DNA of 63,552 nt, from positions 25,234,449-25,298,000 of the forward strand of contig NC_087247.1 of the NCBI RefSeq assembly GCF_037042905.1, given 5' to 3'. The DNA is from Lytechinus pictus (lineage: Eukaryota). Each line of letters starts with the position of its first letter. Position 1 is the first letter of the stretch. A model generated the notes under the pieces. It ran no database searches and was not told the DNA's origin. It saw nothing but the letters and a program-made list of their open reading frames with translations. Position numbers and translations under genes: made by a program. Positions 39,027 to 53,100 of the stretch are shown here, one piece after another.

Positions 39027-40227
39027 ATTTTTCAAGTATGTCTATACACAAACATCTTCTTTAGGATATATGTCCACAAACATATCCATATGTCTATCTA
39101 TCTTCCTCAATCGCACCCCCCCCCCCCCCCATTTCTCCCTTCACCCATGTTCTTTTGCTGTAGCTGTTCCTTCCTAGCTTCCATCAAGAAACAAAATTAT
39201 GTTCTCAGAAAAATCCACCTGACCTATTAAGACAACATTTTCTTTACTCTCCAGAGACACAGTAAAAATCCATTTATGGATTTATGGCGGAGAATCGCTC
39301 CTAATGCAAATGATTGCAACTTTATCCCAGAAGATAGATCATCCACATTCTTCATTTCTATCCTTTCTTGGCATATCAAAACATGTAGAACTGGTGGGGT
39401 TAGTGAGAGGTTTCAAACAAATGGGTGAGGACATCCACATTCATTTGCTACTCCTTAAAATATATTATAAACAGAACTGTGAGGCAAAAACAGTAACTCT
39501 TTGGTAAAATAAACTCCATATTGGGATAACATTGAAGAACAATAACTCATTAATTTGGCCAATGGTCTATTAATAAAACGGGAGAATCTTTGATCTTAGT
39601 GCACTAGTTACCTTGTAAGGGGTAATAAATCTACTTAACTGAATTATTAGGTCCCTGGGATTCTGGATGCATACACTTACCTTGCAGTATCAGGTACAAA
39701 ACTAAAACTACAGAATTATGTAACTTTCATTTGATTTTTTACAGGGACCACCCACTTCCAGAGGGCAACATCCAAATATTAAGCCTGCAAGCCTTTCTAC
39801 ACAATTCTTGGTACATAATCCTTAACCATGCACTATTCACATTATAACTTACATTCTAGTAATTAAGTTTTTAGTGGTTTGAGAAAATGTAGGGGCCAAA
39901 AGGATAGTATTTTAACACTTTTTTTTACTATCCCGTTGAAATAATTAATATCAGATACATTAATGAATAGACCTTAATGCTTTCCATGTAAAATCAGGCA
40001 TGGTAGGGGTATATGAGTTACAACATGGCTCTAACAAAGTGCATTTCAAGAAAACACTAAATTCTAATAATTTCACTCCATATATATAAAGTTAATTTTA
40101 TTACCAAATCAGTGATTTGACGTTTCTGCCCAATCCCCATTGCCTTGACCAACTCTTCTAGTTTTACCCTTAATCCACCCCATCCATAGCACCCCTTCAC
40201 CACTCCCAGCATCCCTTCCCAAGGATC

Positions 40228-40320
40228 AGTGGCGTACCTGGGATTTTTCACAGGGGGGGGGGGGGCAAAACCATCCGCCAAAAAATTTGACAAGCCAAAA
40301 AAAATAAAAAAAATAAAAAG
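40228..40320 (+). mobile_element. Left-end fragment of a CAGTGGCGTA-type (hAT-like) MITE
   Basis: CAGTGGCGTACCTGGGATTTT..GGGGGGCAAA terminus. No partner TIR seen. Confidence 0.45.
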
Positions 40321-42629
40321 TCTTTAATGTTATAAACCCAGATATCACTGGCCCTACATAGGAGTCCATATCATTATATTTTCTTGCTGTCATCTTTTAA
40401 TCTAATAGCTTTTGTTTGCCACTGACCACAGTTTCTACATCCGTTTTAAGAGAATATCCAGTGATATCTAATGACAAGAATGCTTATGAGTAGTTTCTCT
40501 AAAGAAAGGTGAATTATTCCATGGAGCTATTAAACACAGATTATTCTATGGATAAAGATGCCTTTTCCATATTCTGGAGAGAAATGCAGATTGATTAGAA
40601 ATTGGATAGGATCATCAAGAATTGTCCATATTGTATTATAATCAGTAACAAATTATATTTTGCACACACATAAATTATAGTGGCTAAAAGAAAACGGCCC
40701 CCCCCCCCCTGAAAGGTAGAGTAAACACTGCCTAATTTGGCCTGAAAGCTTTTCGGATTAGAAATCATTAGTAAGCTAACTTCCGAGGGTAAGCAGGGGG
40801 AATACAATGACATTTGGCGACGTCAATGAACTATGAATCCCGCATCACGATGAGGAAAGGAGGCCAGGCAGAAAGACAAAAACCTTTCTCTTTCTACAAA
40901 AAGGGTAGGTCTAAAATAAACTTCGTGGGTTAATCACGACCTAATGAGTAAGATGGGAATTGGTAGGTAGGGAGCTAGGTCAATCCAGGACATTGCAAGG
41001 AACCAGTTGATTCTTTTCTGTGGTTTATCATTTTAAGGAGATTGAGTTAAATTCCATTATTTTGTCATTTGCACATACCCAGAAATACATCCATGATTTC
41101 CATTCATCCACAAATTGAACCATAATATATATATTTTTTTTAATGTCCCAATTTTTATTATTATTATTATATATATATTTTTTTTTTGGGGGGGGGTAAT
41201 TTTCCTTTATATATGTTCATTCAGAGTGAAGTTTTACTTCTGTTATACAAAACACTGGTCAATCTGTCAAGCTGTGATATGTTTTTGATAAATCTTCTTG
41301 AAAAGTGTGTCTTAGAATTTATCAAATGTAGATCATGAATTATTAAATATGCCATATTAAAGTGAATCTGATTTCCATTCATCCGCAAATTGTATTCCTA
41401 ACCAGTATAATTTGTTTTATTTTTTATTTTCCCCTCTGAAATTGGTAATTTCTTATGTTTTGAATGAAACATAAAAAATGTGAAATTTTCACCTTGTTTC
41501 CCTTGACAATTTCAAAGACGCAACTCTGCTCTGCAATCTCTTAATTTGACGGGGGTCATTTGCGGACATTTCTACACTTCCTGAGTAAAATCAACCAAAC
41601 CAGTTTCTGCTTCCCCCTCCTCCAGTCTCACTTTGATCTGATATATAGAATTTGATATCAATACAGGCTTAGCGTAGCCCTAGAAAGGGGTCGTGAAAAT
41701 GTGTCAGAATGTAGTGAGTGATCCGAGTGACGATGACTTGGAAACCCTGGGTTCAACAGGGTTTAATGAAAGCCTGTTTGATCTGATGATTTTTTCAAAA
41801 CAATGGTTAAAGATTTCTCCTCGACCCTTAGTAGTCCTGCTTCCAATATCATAATGAATTCACCTCTTGATCTAGAGAAGCTTATGTTGTCTAAAAATAG
41901 ACCTATGAAAAATTGCAATTCCTGGAGCTCATAGATCACCTTAGCTGAAGTTCAGGCCCCCCCCAAAAAAAAAAAAAAGAAGAAAAAAAAAAAAAAGAAT
42001 GTTGTCAATAAATAGACAAAAAAGAGTATTTCTTAAAACAAAGCTCATAGCTCATCTTAGCTGAAGTTTAAGAATATTTGATAAATTGTTTCTGAAAACA
42101 TTTAGTACATATTTGCACATCATTCATAATGACCTCTTCACACTCAAAAGAGAAAAATTAGTATATTAGAAACTAAAAATATTTACTGAAAAGCTTGTAT
42201 TATTGATATACTCCTATTTTGCAGTAATTGGATGCGCATGAAAAAATAGCATTAAAAAAAAAAATCGAAGAAAAAATGTGGAGCATGATAGAGCTGTAAC
42301 TCCTCTTTAGGTTTTTAAATCAGTGCATTTATTAACAGAAGACTTAGTCTAGACAGCTTAAATAGTATCTCTATTCTCTGGGAGAGGTGAAAGACCTCAA
42401 TGTAATGTTACATCTCAATCAACTTTTTTCTTTCTCTTTTGCAAACAAGACAAATGCAAACTGATGAATTACAGAGATGGGTTGACTCTTCGACATCAGT
42501 TACAAGTTTGTAAAGATTGTAATAGGATGAGGGCAACCCCCGTGATGTATGGGAGCAAATTACAGAATGAAGGCTAATCACCATGGAGTTGTACACAATA
42601 AATCCTGGACTTCATCATGATCCTTGGAA

Positions 42630-42830
42630 CTAGCGTACCTAGGGGGGGGGGGCAGAGGGGGCAGTCTGCCCCCCTGACGAGCCACAACCCATGCAAAGGA
42701 CGTATCCCTGCCCCCCCTGACGAGCTTGAAGACCTTTATTGCCCCCCCTGACGTGCTTGAAGACCCTTTATTTATTTTTTTTTTTTTTTGCTTGTCAAAT
42801 TTTTTTCTGGTACGAAATCCTTCATTTGTG
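42630..42830 (+). mobile_element. Fragment of a related hAT-like MITE with internal GCCCCCCTGACG repeats
   Basis: GCGTACCTAGGGGGGGGGGCAG start. Three GCCCCCC(C)TGACG units. Contains GCTTGTCAAATTTTTT, the reverse complement of the motif at ~40280. Confidence 0.5.
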
Positions 42831-44230
42831 ATTAATAATTTCGAAAGAGATATAGAATATATTATTTGATATTTGATATGCTGTGTTGGTTAAACAATAA
42901 ATTGATTCAAACATTTGGCATTCAGGATACACAACCTGTTCAAATTCGTCAACGACCCCCCCCCCCCCCCCCCCCCCCCCCCCGAGGACGGCCCCCATTC
43001 CTCAAGGGAATACCATAAGCACAAAAAACTTTTTATCTCCATATAATCATCAATCAATATCATGAACATGAGAATATGATAGTGATCGCATGTTCACATT
43101 TAATGTTATCGCAGTAATTATTACGGCTGTCTTCACTCTAATCAGTACCAGATTATGTCTCCGATAGCAGTCTTATAATACTCATGTTTCACAACACAGA
43201 GTCAGTCAGGTGGGACTACAGCATAGCTTAGCCTCCAGCTTTGAGAAAATGTTACTCATCCTTCATCCTTATTGAATCAACCGCTCACCTACCTATTTTT
43301 TCTGCAAGCAGCGTAAAAACGGGGTCCCCCTTCTCCACAAGTCGCAGGATGCCCTCGCTGCTGACAGAGTCTAAAGTAAATCAAACCTAGATCTCGCATG
43401 ATTCACAGGCTTCCTAAATCACATTTGCAGATCTTTTCAGATCAGTGGAAATAAAAATTTGTAACCGTTGATTTTGTGCAGGATGGAGGGTGAGCAGGAA
43501 AGGAAAATGATGGATAAATATGACATTGAACTCATTACATGTCTATCACTGACTTATCTTGTTCCTGGGGAAGCTCTTGCAAACAGCATCATATTTTGTT
43601 ACTTTTTTTCTGGATCACTAGAAACCTAAATGCTACACTGCTGATTAAATAAGAGCAATTTTAACTAGGAGGGGGATAGAGAAGGGACTTTTCATATGAG
43701 AAATAGGCTTCATTAAAAAAAAGCTCCATATTTTTATCCAAAATGCACAAACATGTGTCCTTATCCTTTCATTTCTTCATTCCATATTTTCCAATATTTT
43801 ATACTGAATTCAACTCAGCTATATAACATTTTCAACCAATTCTACAAAAGTTTACCAAATTCCAGCACAGGAGGGGTTTCTACCATTTAGTCTACCCATC
43901 CAGGCAATCATCAAACATCATCAATCAATGGTATAATTAAACTGCTAAGAAATATCACTTTCTTTCATCGCAATCATCTCGCATGCCGAGCGAGCAATCG
44001 CCAGCGTTGTGTTTACAAAAATCATCATCGCATTTATCCGGGCTCCAAGCCAGGGGGAATTGGTAAAAGTCTAATGAAGAAGGGGAGAAAAAAAAACGAG
44101 ATTGGTGAAATAAGAAATAAGATCGTGGGCAGAGACACATCGTCTTCTTGCCGCGATGTGGCATCGATGAAAGTTACAGCGTTCTCCATTACACCCTCAG
44201 GGAGGTGGGTATACCCCATTGGCTTCACTT

Positions 44231-44244
44231 GTTGCTATGGTAAC
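44231..44244. promoter_or_regulatory. RFX X-box motif
   Basis: GTTGCTATGGTAAC matches the palindromic X-box and lies at the edge of a CpG-retaining island. Confidence 0.4.
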
Positions 44245-47200
44245 CCAAGTGAATCCCAAACATTATACTTATAAAAAAAAATCCCCCTCTAGTACAACCT
44301 GACTTTAAACAAATTTATGTAATAGGCCTATACATTTCAAAAGAGCTGTATCTAATATGGTTTTTCTTCGTTTGATATACCATGAAATTCCGACTTGTAT
44401 ATTATCTCTGACAGATGCCCTCTAGCATTTTTGTATATATAATTCAAATCCTTAGGGTTTTCCTTCTTACAGGTGAAAAAAATCAGCTCAATACAATATA
44501 CAACCTTTCCTCCATAGAGAGATGCATATGTCATTCTTGAATAAGTAGCATTTACACTTGACATACTGCATTACCACTTATCAAATTATTGGAGCACACA
44601 TGATTAAAAATATGTTGCATGCACAAGTGTGCTTCTGAACCATATATAGCATTGCAGATTTGCTTAGAAAATATCAATATGTGAACAAAATACCAATAAT
44701 TTGTGTTATATTTTAGAGCTCATTAAGCCTTTGAAATCCCATTGGCATCACGTTCAATAATGATTTTATCTGTCCATGGACTAAAAAGTACTAACATTCT
44801 CTTTATTCCATCCTGTAGCAGGGTTAAAATGCCTTTACAGTATTGCAATTGAATTAGTTCCTTCATTTATCCTTGGGAGATTAAACAGGCTGCAAATGTA
44901 TGGTGCAAATTCGATTCGTATTAATTGAATTTTGCACAGAAAAATTTTATATTTCAAGATATTCAAAGTATCTGTTATACCCCCCCCCCCCCCTCAAAAA
45001 AATGGTTGAAAGGTACTACTGTTCTCTTGAATTTGCTTCCAGTATAATATTAAGCAGATCATTCCCTGAACCCCATGTCCCAACCCTATTCTCAGTAGAA
45101 TATAGAATATTAGTACAGAGAGTCTTTGCACGGACTCAATTCACATGCCAACTAGCATCCACAAGGGGCTGAATAATAACATATCTTCCAACTGTCAAAA
45201 ATAGGAGCGATCAAATCGAACATGAGCCTTGATCCACCAAGACAAAAAAAAAAGGGAAAAAAGAGAACATGGCCTGGCTGGCTGTCACCAGATTGGGCCA
45301 ATTCCAAATCAGGAATGAAGATATATGGAGTTGCTATCTCCCAAGAGGAAGACATATTTGCAGCACTGATTAATGACTTCTGATGAGACTTATACGCAGG
45401 GTTAGATTGAAATCACTGATTGCAAGCATCAGAAGTAAAGTAATGTGGAAGTAGGAGTTGAGTGGAAGTGGCTAGCGACTGGATGTTTTGATAAATCCAA
45501 AAGAAGTTTGTTGATGGAAGTTTCCTTCATACATAATTGATATTTATCAATGTTAATAACATATTTAGTTTATTTATTATAATATTGTGGTTGGATCATT
45601 TTCATATCTAAATGAAAATGAGCTGAAATTGCAAAATAAATTGCCAATTCAAAGCTTGTGGTCAGAATTAAAGATTTGCAACATAACCGTTACGGTTACG
45701 ATAATCATCTAAATTATCTCTCTTTAAGCAGCTAAATATCATATAAATGTTAAATTAATCAGCAAGCCATTACTTAAAGTATATTAAAAGAAATGTCAAT
45801 GAATATAGTGTTCCCAATCATGATCGAGTCAGCAATCTTGCACTCAAGATGAGAAGCATTTCCACAAAAAGCACATTTACGAACCCAGCCTCAGCATTGA
45901 TATACCCTACATGGAATACGCCTGCAATGTTAAACATGAGCATTTACTCATATCAGCTTGTTAACATCGAATAGATTCCATTTCTATGAATATAAATTAA
46001 TATGATTTAGCTGAATGTGGTTTCAGGATGAACTTGCTCAGCCAGTCCGTGGTGCGAGGTACATATATTCCGTTACTATAGGAGTGAAAGTCGAAACCTC
46101 GGGGGATAATTGAATCATTTAGGAGGGATCGAATAGTATGCAAGACATATCCATTTCCCTCATTTTTCACTAAATACATGTTTGGCGGCATAAAAGGGGA
46201 ATCTGTCAGGTCTGATTTGGGGGTTGTATACTTTGCTAGAAACAGGAGAATTATTACTTACTTTACAGCGAGTTGCAAGCGTCATTCCTCTCGATCCAGA
46301 TTGATAAAACTTTTAGAGTCTGGTAAATACTGATTTACACAATTTTTTAATTCATATTACTTTATTACTTGCCCTTGAGAGGAGAAATACAAGGTCAATT
46401 TAGGAGCATTTAAGACTATGTGTCGTACATAACTAGCTGAATGTATACAAGTAACATTAGCAAGAGTAAAGTAAATTAAAATCCAGCCCATTTTTATACC
46501 ACTGTTCAAACCTTCATTTTTGTAATGGTTGTAAACCTTTGCATTGTTTATCAACGCTACTTGTATAGCCATGGCTATAAAACTCAATCGATACGTTATA
46601 TAGAAATGGTGTATGATTAATACCATATACACTGGAACTTTTCACATTAATAAGATACCAAAGTTTCCAATAAACCAAAAGTAATTTCACAACCAATACT
46701 ATATGTCAAGACCATTGCTGTGGTTGTAATTGGGAGGGGTCAATACCCCTTCATGCATCTCTCCTTCAAACCCTAGAGCTATCAGAGCCTCCTAAATTTC
46801 TGAAGTATTTCTAAACCTCCCCCTTGTTACGTGACTGACATCGATATCACATTATGAAAGTGAACATCCAAGTAAAAGTGTTATTCACACCATAAGTAAA
46901 AATCTACATCTGAAAGAGGAATTTCAACAAATTGTATATTTCAAACAAAGGATACCCAATCGGCTTCCCATTGCCATGGCGACATCAAGCCTAAACAAAC
47001 ACAAACACAACAATAAACAGGCTATGGCAGTGAGTATCTAATTGGTTGCTGGTGCAACATCATGACAACATAATCAACGGAGATTTATTGAATCAAAGGG
47101 GGGATGACTCTTGACATTACTATGTATTAAAGCCCTATTGTGTTTGATCTATATTAAAGCTCTGATTTTCTATAATACCCACTTAAATGCCTTACTAATC

Positions 47201-50183
47201 TTAAAACATTATTTACTGATTGGGGGAGGAATTAACCATGATCAAAATTTCTCTTATAAAACAATATCCAATTCATTCGAACATTGGGGGTAAGTTGGTT
47301 CTGCTTTGCGTTTTATATAAAAAGACAAGAAAATTAAACTTGAACCCTGTTTGATAAAACTTTTCATCAATAACACATGCTAAATTTTACGAAAAATATG
47401 CATAATTGTTTCTCAATATCAGGAATTTTGTAGTTTCTAATAAAGGTTTGCATCTTTCATTTACAACAAATATCATGAAACATTGGCTTCATGTGAGCCT
47501 GGTATGTTCACCTGTAATAATTCAATGTTGACTGTATAGAATTAAAGTTGAACATTATCATACACCTACGCCAATCAATTTTGCAATCCCTGCACAGAAA
47601 AGATATTCTGGCCGAAGAATAAAACATAGGTATATAGCCTTAAGATAAATAGAAAGTAGTTGTATATACCTACTGGAATCAATTGTCTGACCTTATCAAG
47701 GTGACCCGACTTCTGAACCCAGGTGACGATAAGCTTCTCACGTACCATAAATTCCAAACAAATTACATAATTTGTAAGTGTGAACATTGGATATACCCTT
47801 GTCACTCTTCATCAAAGATTTGGGGCCTTTTTATTTTAGAAGTTTAAATTTTAATGCTCAACTGTAATTCAGATTTCTTCTCTACTTGCATCTCTTTGCC
47901 CCCCCCCCCCCGCGGCAAGAATCTCTCATCTGTATACTATACCTATATTCTGTCTGCCTGCCTCTCTATGTCCTAACATGCTATGATACAATTTTCAGAC
48001 GTTTTTATTACCATTTCTTCATTATCATTTTACGTATTGATTTTTTTCCATATTTCATCATCATACCACCCTACTTTTCTCCTTGAAATGTGTTAAGTTT
48101 TTTGAAAAAATAGATAGTGTGAATGATATTTGCATTCAATCTAACATTCCGATCCTACAATAGTATACAGTGGTCTGTCAATATTTTTTTCATTTTTTGA
48201 TACTTTGTGAACATTTGAAGATATTTAGTTCCCCTCTCTCTGCAATGTTTTTATTTTCTTTTTATAAAGGCCTTCTGACTTCTTCTTTTATTCTATTGCA
48301 ATACAAAAATCTACAACTAATATTGCATCCTGAAACTTTGTGTCCATTCCATGCATGAGGAGAGGTTTTTTTATAAATAAAGTAAAGAAAAAAAATGCAG
48401 ATCCTACCCAAATTAATTTTCATGTAAAATCATAAAATACCTTAAGAAAAACAAGGTTTTATTTCATATCATCATACAATTATTTTTGTATCACATACTC
48501 ATATATATATATATAGTACTAGAATTTACTAGAAAAGTGGCCAACAGTTAGTTATAGGAAAATTAACAAAACTTTGCTTAAGAGAGCCTTAACATCCATT
48601 TCTAGTTGTTTCCTCTCTCAGTCCTTCTCCTCTCCTCTCCGTTATTGACATGCACCTCATCCTTTTCTTTCCCTTGATCGAAATCATTCTTCAACCTCAA
48701 TTATATCAGTAAATGGAAAAGACCTATTAATTCAAGAATTGACAAAAGGTCAAATCAAATTCATAAATGTCAGTGAAATTGTTATCAAATGTGAATAAAT
48801 TAAAATGCAATTGGGATGAAGAAATAAGGGACCACGGTGATCGATGCCTGTTTTCATATTCCCGAATGGATGCACACTTTTCAAGTGGATGCACTCCAAA
48901 TAGTCTCCAGCTAAAAATGGAACCAATCTTTCAGATACAGGTGCAGTGAAGCAAGTGTCTGCATCCAGCAACCAAAACATTCTAACCCCATTTCAGACAA
49001 GGGAATATCAGGTATATCTTAAAACGCTTACTCCTCCGCAGCAACCTTCTTTCTAAAACAATTTACCATTGAATTTGAGAAATATAAAATTCTTAGAGAC
49101 CTAAAAATCCACCATCACTATTAAGACACAGGTGTAAGACATTGCGTTCTGACCATACTGCTTGAATATAAAAATCACATTTCTAGAAATTAACAATCAT
49201 AACTTTTTAAATTCAAATTTGCTTTATTTCCAAACAGAACAAAATAAAGTGGTTGTAATTATGGTGAAATTTGCAAATAAAATTATTCAAACAACATAAA
49301 TTGAGATAGGTACAGTGAATGACATTTTTCCATAAGTAAACAAAATCAAATATGAAAGCAAAATATCCAAATTAAACATCAAAATTTAAACCAGAAGATA
49401 ATCTTTTAGAGCAATCCAAGCCAATTCCACGACTCCTGCACTGGTCTACTCTCATTATCAATAATTTATGTATTGCCAAATCATAAATTGGGCTTGCTGT
49501 TATTATGTTCAAAACATTCTTGTTTGAACAACAAATTTCTTTCTTCACATCAAAAAAAATATTAATACCTCTGATGTGAATTTCCTATTTCAATGTTCAT
49601 ACATAGTTCATATAAAGTTTATCTGGTGTGTACTTCTACTATCAATCTTTATACAAAAAAGTTCTAATGAATTTATTCTGGTGTGAACTTCCTATTGAAC
49701 ATAGCAGGATTACCTGTTCTCCTTTCATACCTCTGTTCATGTTTACTCTTTAAATACATCTATGATTCCAGTGACAGATATTTCCGAAGCTAAACTGAAA
49801 TCCGATAAGAAGGAGAAGGGGTATGATACCAGCTGATCAGAGGATGATATACCCCCTCATCCTGACCCTTCATAAGATGTGATGATATATCTGTCATTTA
49901 CTCTCCATGAATCGACTTCAGTCATTAACACTATGACAATAATCATTTGGAACTTCAACATATCAAAAGAACCTGAAAAAGGTACATTGTGAGTGTATTA
50001 AATAAGGACCCGTTTAATGAAACTTTTTAATCAATAACAATTCCTAAATTTACATGACATATGAAAGTAGCTTAAATTGTCAAAACATGTTTTATGACTT
50101 ATTGGGACCAGGTATCTACTGTAGCTGTTCGATAAAAGCAAAACTTTTCAAATATCTATCACAGTCCTTTCTCAGCACAAGCA

Positions 50184-50197
50184 GTTACCATGGCAAC
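50184..50197. promoter_or_regulatory. RFX X-box motif
   Basis: GTTACCATGGCAAC, a consensus X-box. Confidence 0.45.
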
Positions 50198-53100
50198 TAT
50201 CCATTCAAGTGAAAGTATGACTTAGGGAAATGTTATAATATCTCTTCCTAAATTCTACATTTTAAAAATCCTCTTCAGTTCCTGTAAGATGAAAAGGACC
50301 TCATCAGTATCTACACATACTACTGCACAACTTTGTGATACAGGGGCCCAGTGCCCTATTTTATGAAACATAGCATATATGCTATATTCCTATGACAAAT
50401 GTGCCAATCAAATTTTACAATGTTATTAATTGCAGCAAAGCATGGAAAGTCATGCCCCCGTTTAATACTAACTGATAATGAACATGCTGCAGGAGGAAAG
50501 CTGCCATCCAATCAAGAAATCAAACAAGGTATTAAAGCCTTCGGTTTAAGGTATGTGCTCATTTCCTGAGGGTAACAACTGCAAAAAGATTCAGGTGACT
50601 GTGCACCTCTTTTTAATTGTCGTTCAAATCAAAATGTCAGTAAAGTACCTTATGAACCAGCTATTCTGATGGCAACATGTCATATTTCACATTATTATCC
50701 TTCATATCAATACTTTTCTCTTGTATAAGCAAAATATGTAATTTCAATGGATGTGGGCCTTCTTAAGAAGTGTGAGCCATCTAATAAGAAATGTGAGCTC
50801 TAGTTTGGGAGAAGCAAGGTAATTTAATGTGTAAATTCAAAGATTTGGCCTATTAAAGTTCAATCGCAACTTTGCTCCTATGTGGCAGTTGAATCTCAAA
50901 CTCAAATGTGTCCATCTCTATCTTTTTCAAGGCCAAAGTTTTCTATTACAATCAGATGAATTTTGCCTGAAGGGATAGATGAACTCTCAGAATCACTAGA
51001 TATAAGTCAAAGTTCACTTGCAGGACTCCATGTCTGTAATGTACCACACCTGCTTATAAATTACATATAATGCGCCCAGGACCCAAAGCAATTTATACAA
51101 CCATTAGTATCCTATGCATCTAGAAACAAGCAACATTACTCCCATGGAGTTTAATCAAGAAAGAAAAATCAAACATTTTACCATAATTTGATGCGAAAAG
51201 AAAGCGTAGCATGGATGTGAGTCTGCATAAAGAATACCTCACACAAAGAAGCCTTTCCAGGGAGACTGTGTTGTATATCATTTCTCAAGGGGTGTAAATA
51301 TTATCTAATATGCCCACATGTTGGCTAGCCCTAGGGCCGATACTCGCCCTCTTTCTCCCATTACACCTCTCAAAGCGATTCATTTTCACCCCCAGCAGGC
51401 AGAGGTTATACGGTGGCATCTTCAGTTTGCCGAGGCAAACTCCTATACTTGGAGAAGGATCGTTCCCATTTCAAACGTTTTATATGATATGATGCATTGT
51501 GAGCAGTGCTCAACCCCTTTGATCGTATAAACTGCAACCTACAAAACGATATTCAACCATTATATTAACAGGAAAAAAATACTTTTCCTGGTTCATGGAG
51601 ACATATGCATTTGGAGAAATGCATAGGAATAACCTCTTTCTAATTTTATTCTTAGATAATTCAAGATGCAGTTTTTAAGTTAATACGTCAGCTAGCGAAC
51701 ACAATTCCCTGAATTTGTATTTTACTAATAAATCAACAACACTGATGTACAGTGTATCATCTTTAGGGTTAAGTCAAGAGCATATTTCAGACAGTGAGAC
51801 TCTAAATTCACCATCACAGACAGGGTGTTATATGTCAGACTGTGTTTACTCCACAGGTTTTGTGTTTCTGGAAATGTAAACTCATTAATAATAACTACTT
51901 TTTTTCTTGCTAGCATTTTACCTTCACTCACTACACACTCGCTAGAAAGAACAGAATGAAGTACTTTTAAACCTATCTTGACTCTATATTAGCATTCTAA
52001 ATGACAAAGATTTTGATAAAGCTGGGTGTATGATCATTTCTATCATGACAAACAGCGTATTATTCATGGACAGTAGATTGTTATGAATGTCAATTAATTA
52101 AGTTTTTTGTTAAAACCCCTCCTTTTATAGTTATAGAGATTTCATTCTCTCAAAGAATTGTACAGTAACTTATTTTTCATCGTCACACCTCCACCTCTTA
52201 TCATAATTCTTTTAAGTCTTTTCTATAAATGTGTAACACACTTCCCCCCATTCTTTTATATGTTACCATGTTAAATATGCTTTGAAATAGAAGGTAGCTG
52301 ATGTGTTTTGGAGATTTGGGTATTTGGTTGGGGGAATTTTATATGATTTTACATTTAATTCCTAATAACTGAAAATATTTTTGTTTTCATTTTTCTTGAA
52401 CCGCTGTTCATGCTGCTAGCAATGTACATAGTAGACAACTATTTTCAGAAAAAGAAGTCATGAATCTTGGTTTTTACCTTCAACTCAAGTTTGCTTTTAA
52501 ATTGATTTTCACTGAATGTGCTAATTCATGTTCACCTAACATTCACTTTAAATTGAATTTCTATGGTTGTGTTTATTCATATTGCATGTATTGAGTCATT
52601 TACACTTTTGGGTATTGGGGATTTCTCTGAAAACCTTCAGCAAAAATCAATATGATTGACAGACGACACTGAAGAAAGCCTATGGAAGAGGGGTCAGTAG
52701 AGGACATCTAACCCTCCTGCAACATGGGCGCATTTTTAAGAGTTTTGAAGGGTTCCTCTCAGAACAAACAAATTCTTCCTGACTCAACACTTTTAATACC
52801 CCCTTTTGAAAAGGAAAGAAAACCGCAGAAGGAACATGAAGTGTCGAGATGATAATAGCAGCAATCAGATGCCATTGGAATGGGCGGTAATTACTGCATC
52901 ATTAGGCACACCAGAGCAAACATATTGATGTTCAAGAAGGAGGTTTTAAGATGAAGGATAGGGCTCTAAAGGTATAATCGGCCCTAAACAAGAGTGCAAT
53001 GTTTACTTCCAGGTTAGTGACCATATGATATGTCTATTGAAAGATGGACAGGAAGTGATAATCCTCTTAATAGTATAATCACCTTTTTTTTTAAAATAAA

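Noticed and set aside
39681-39707. 21/27-nt minus-strand microexon with a perfect AAG|GTAAGT donor
   Set aside because: No polypyrimidine tract at the acceptor; likely a chance donor.
41095-42069. Short direct repeats (GATTTCCATTCATCC.CAAATTG twice; AGCTCATAG.TCA.CTTAGCTGAAGTT twice)
   Set aside because: Ordinary local duplications with no further structure; likewise those at ~7627-7830, 49570-49700 and 57883-57920.
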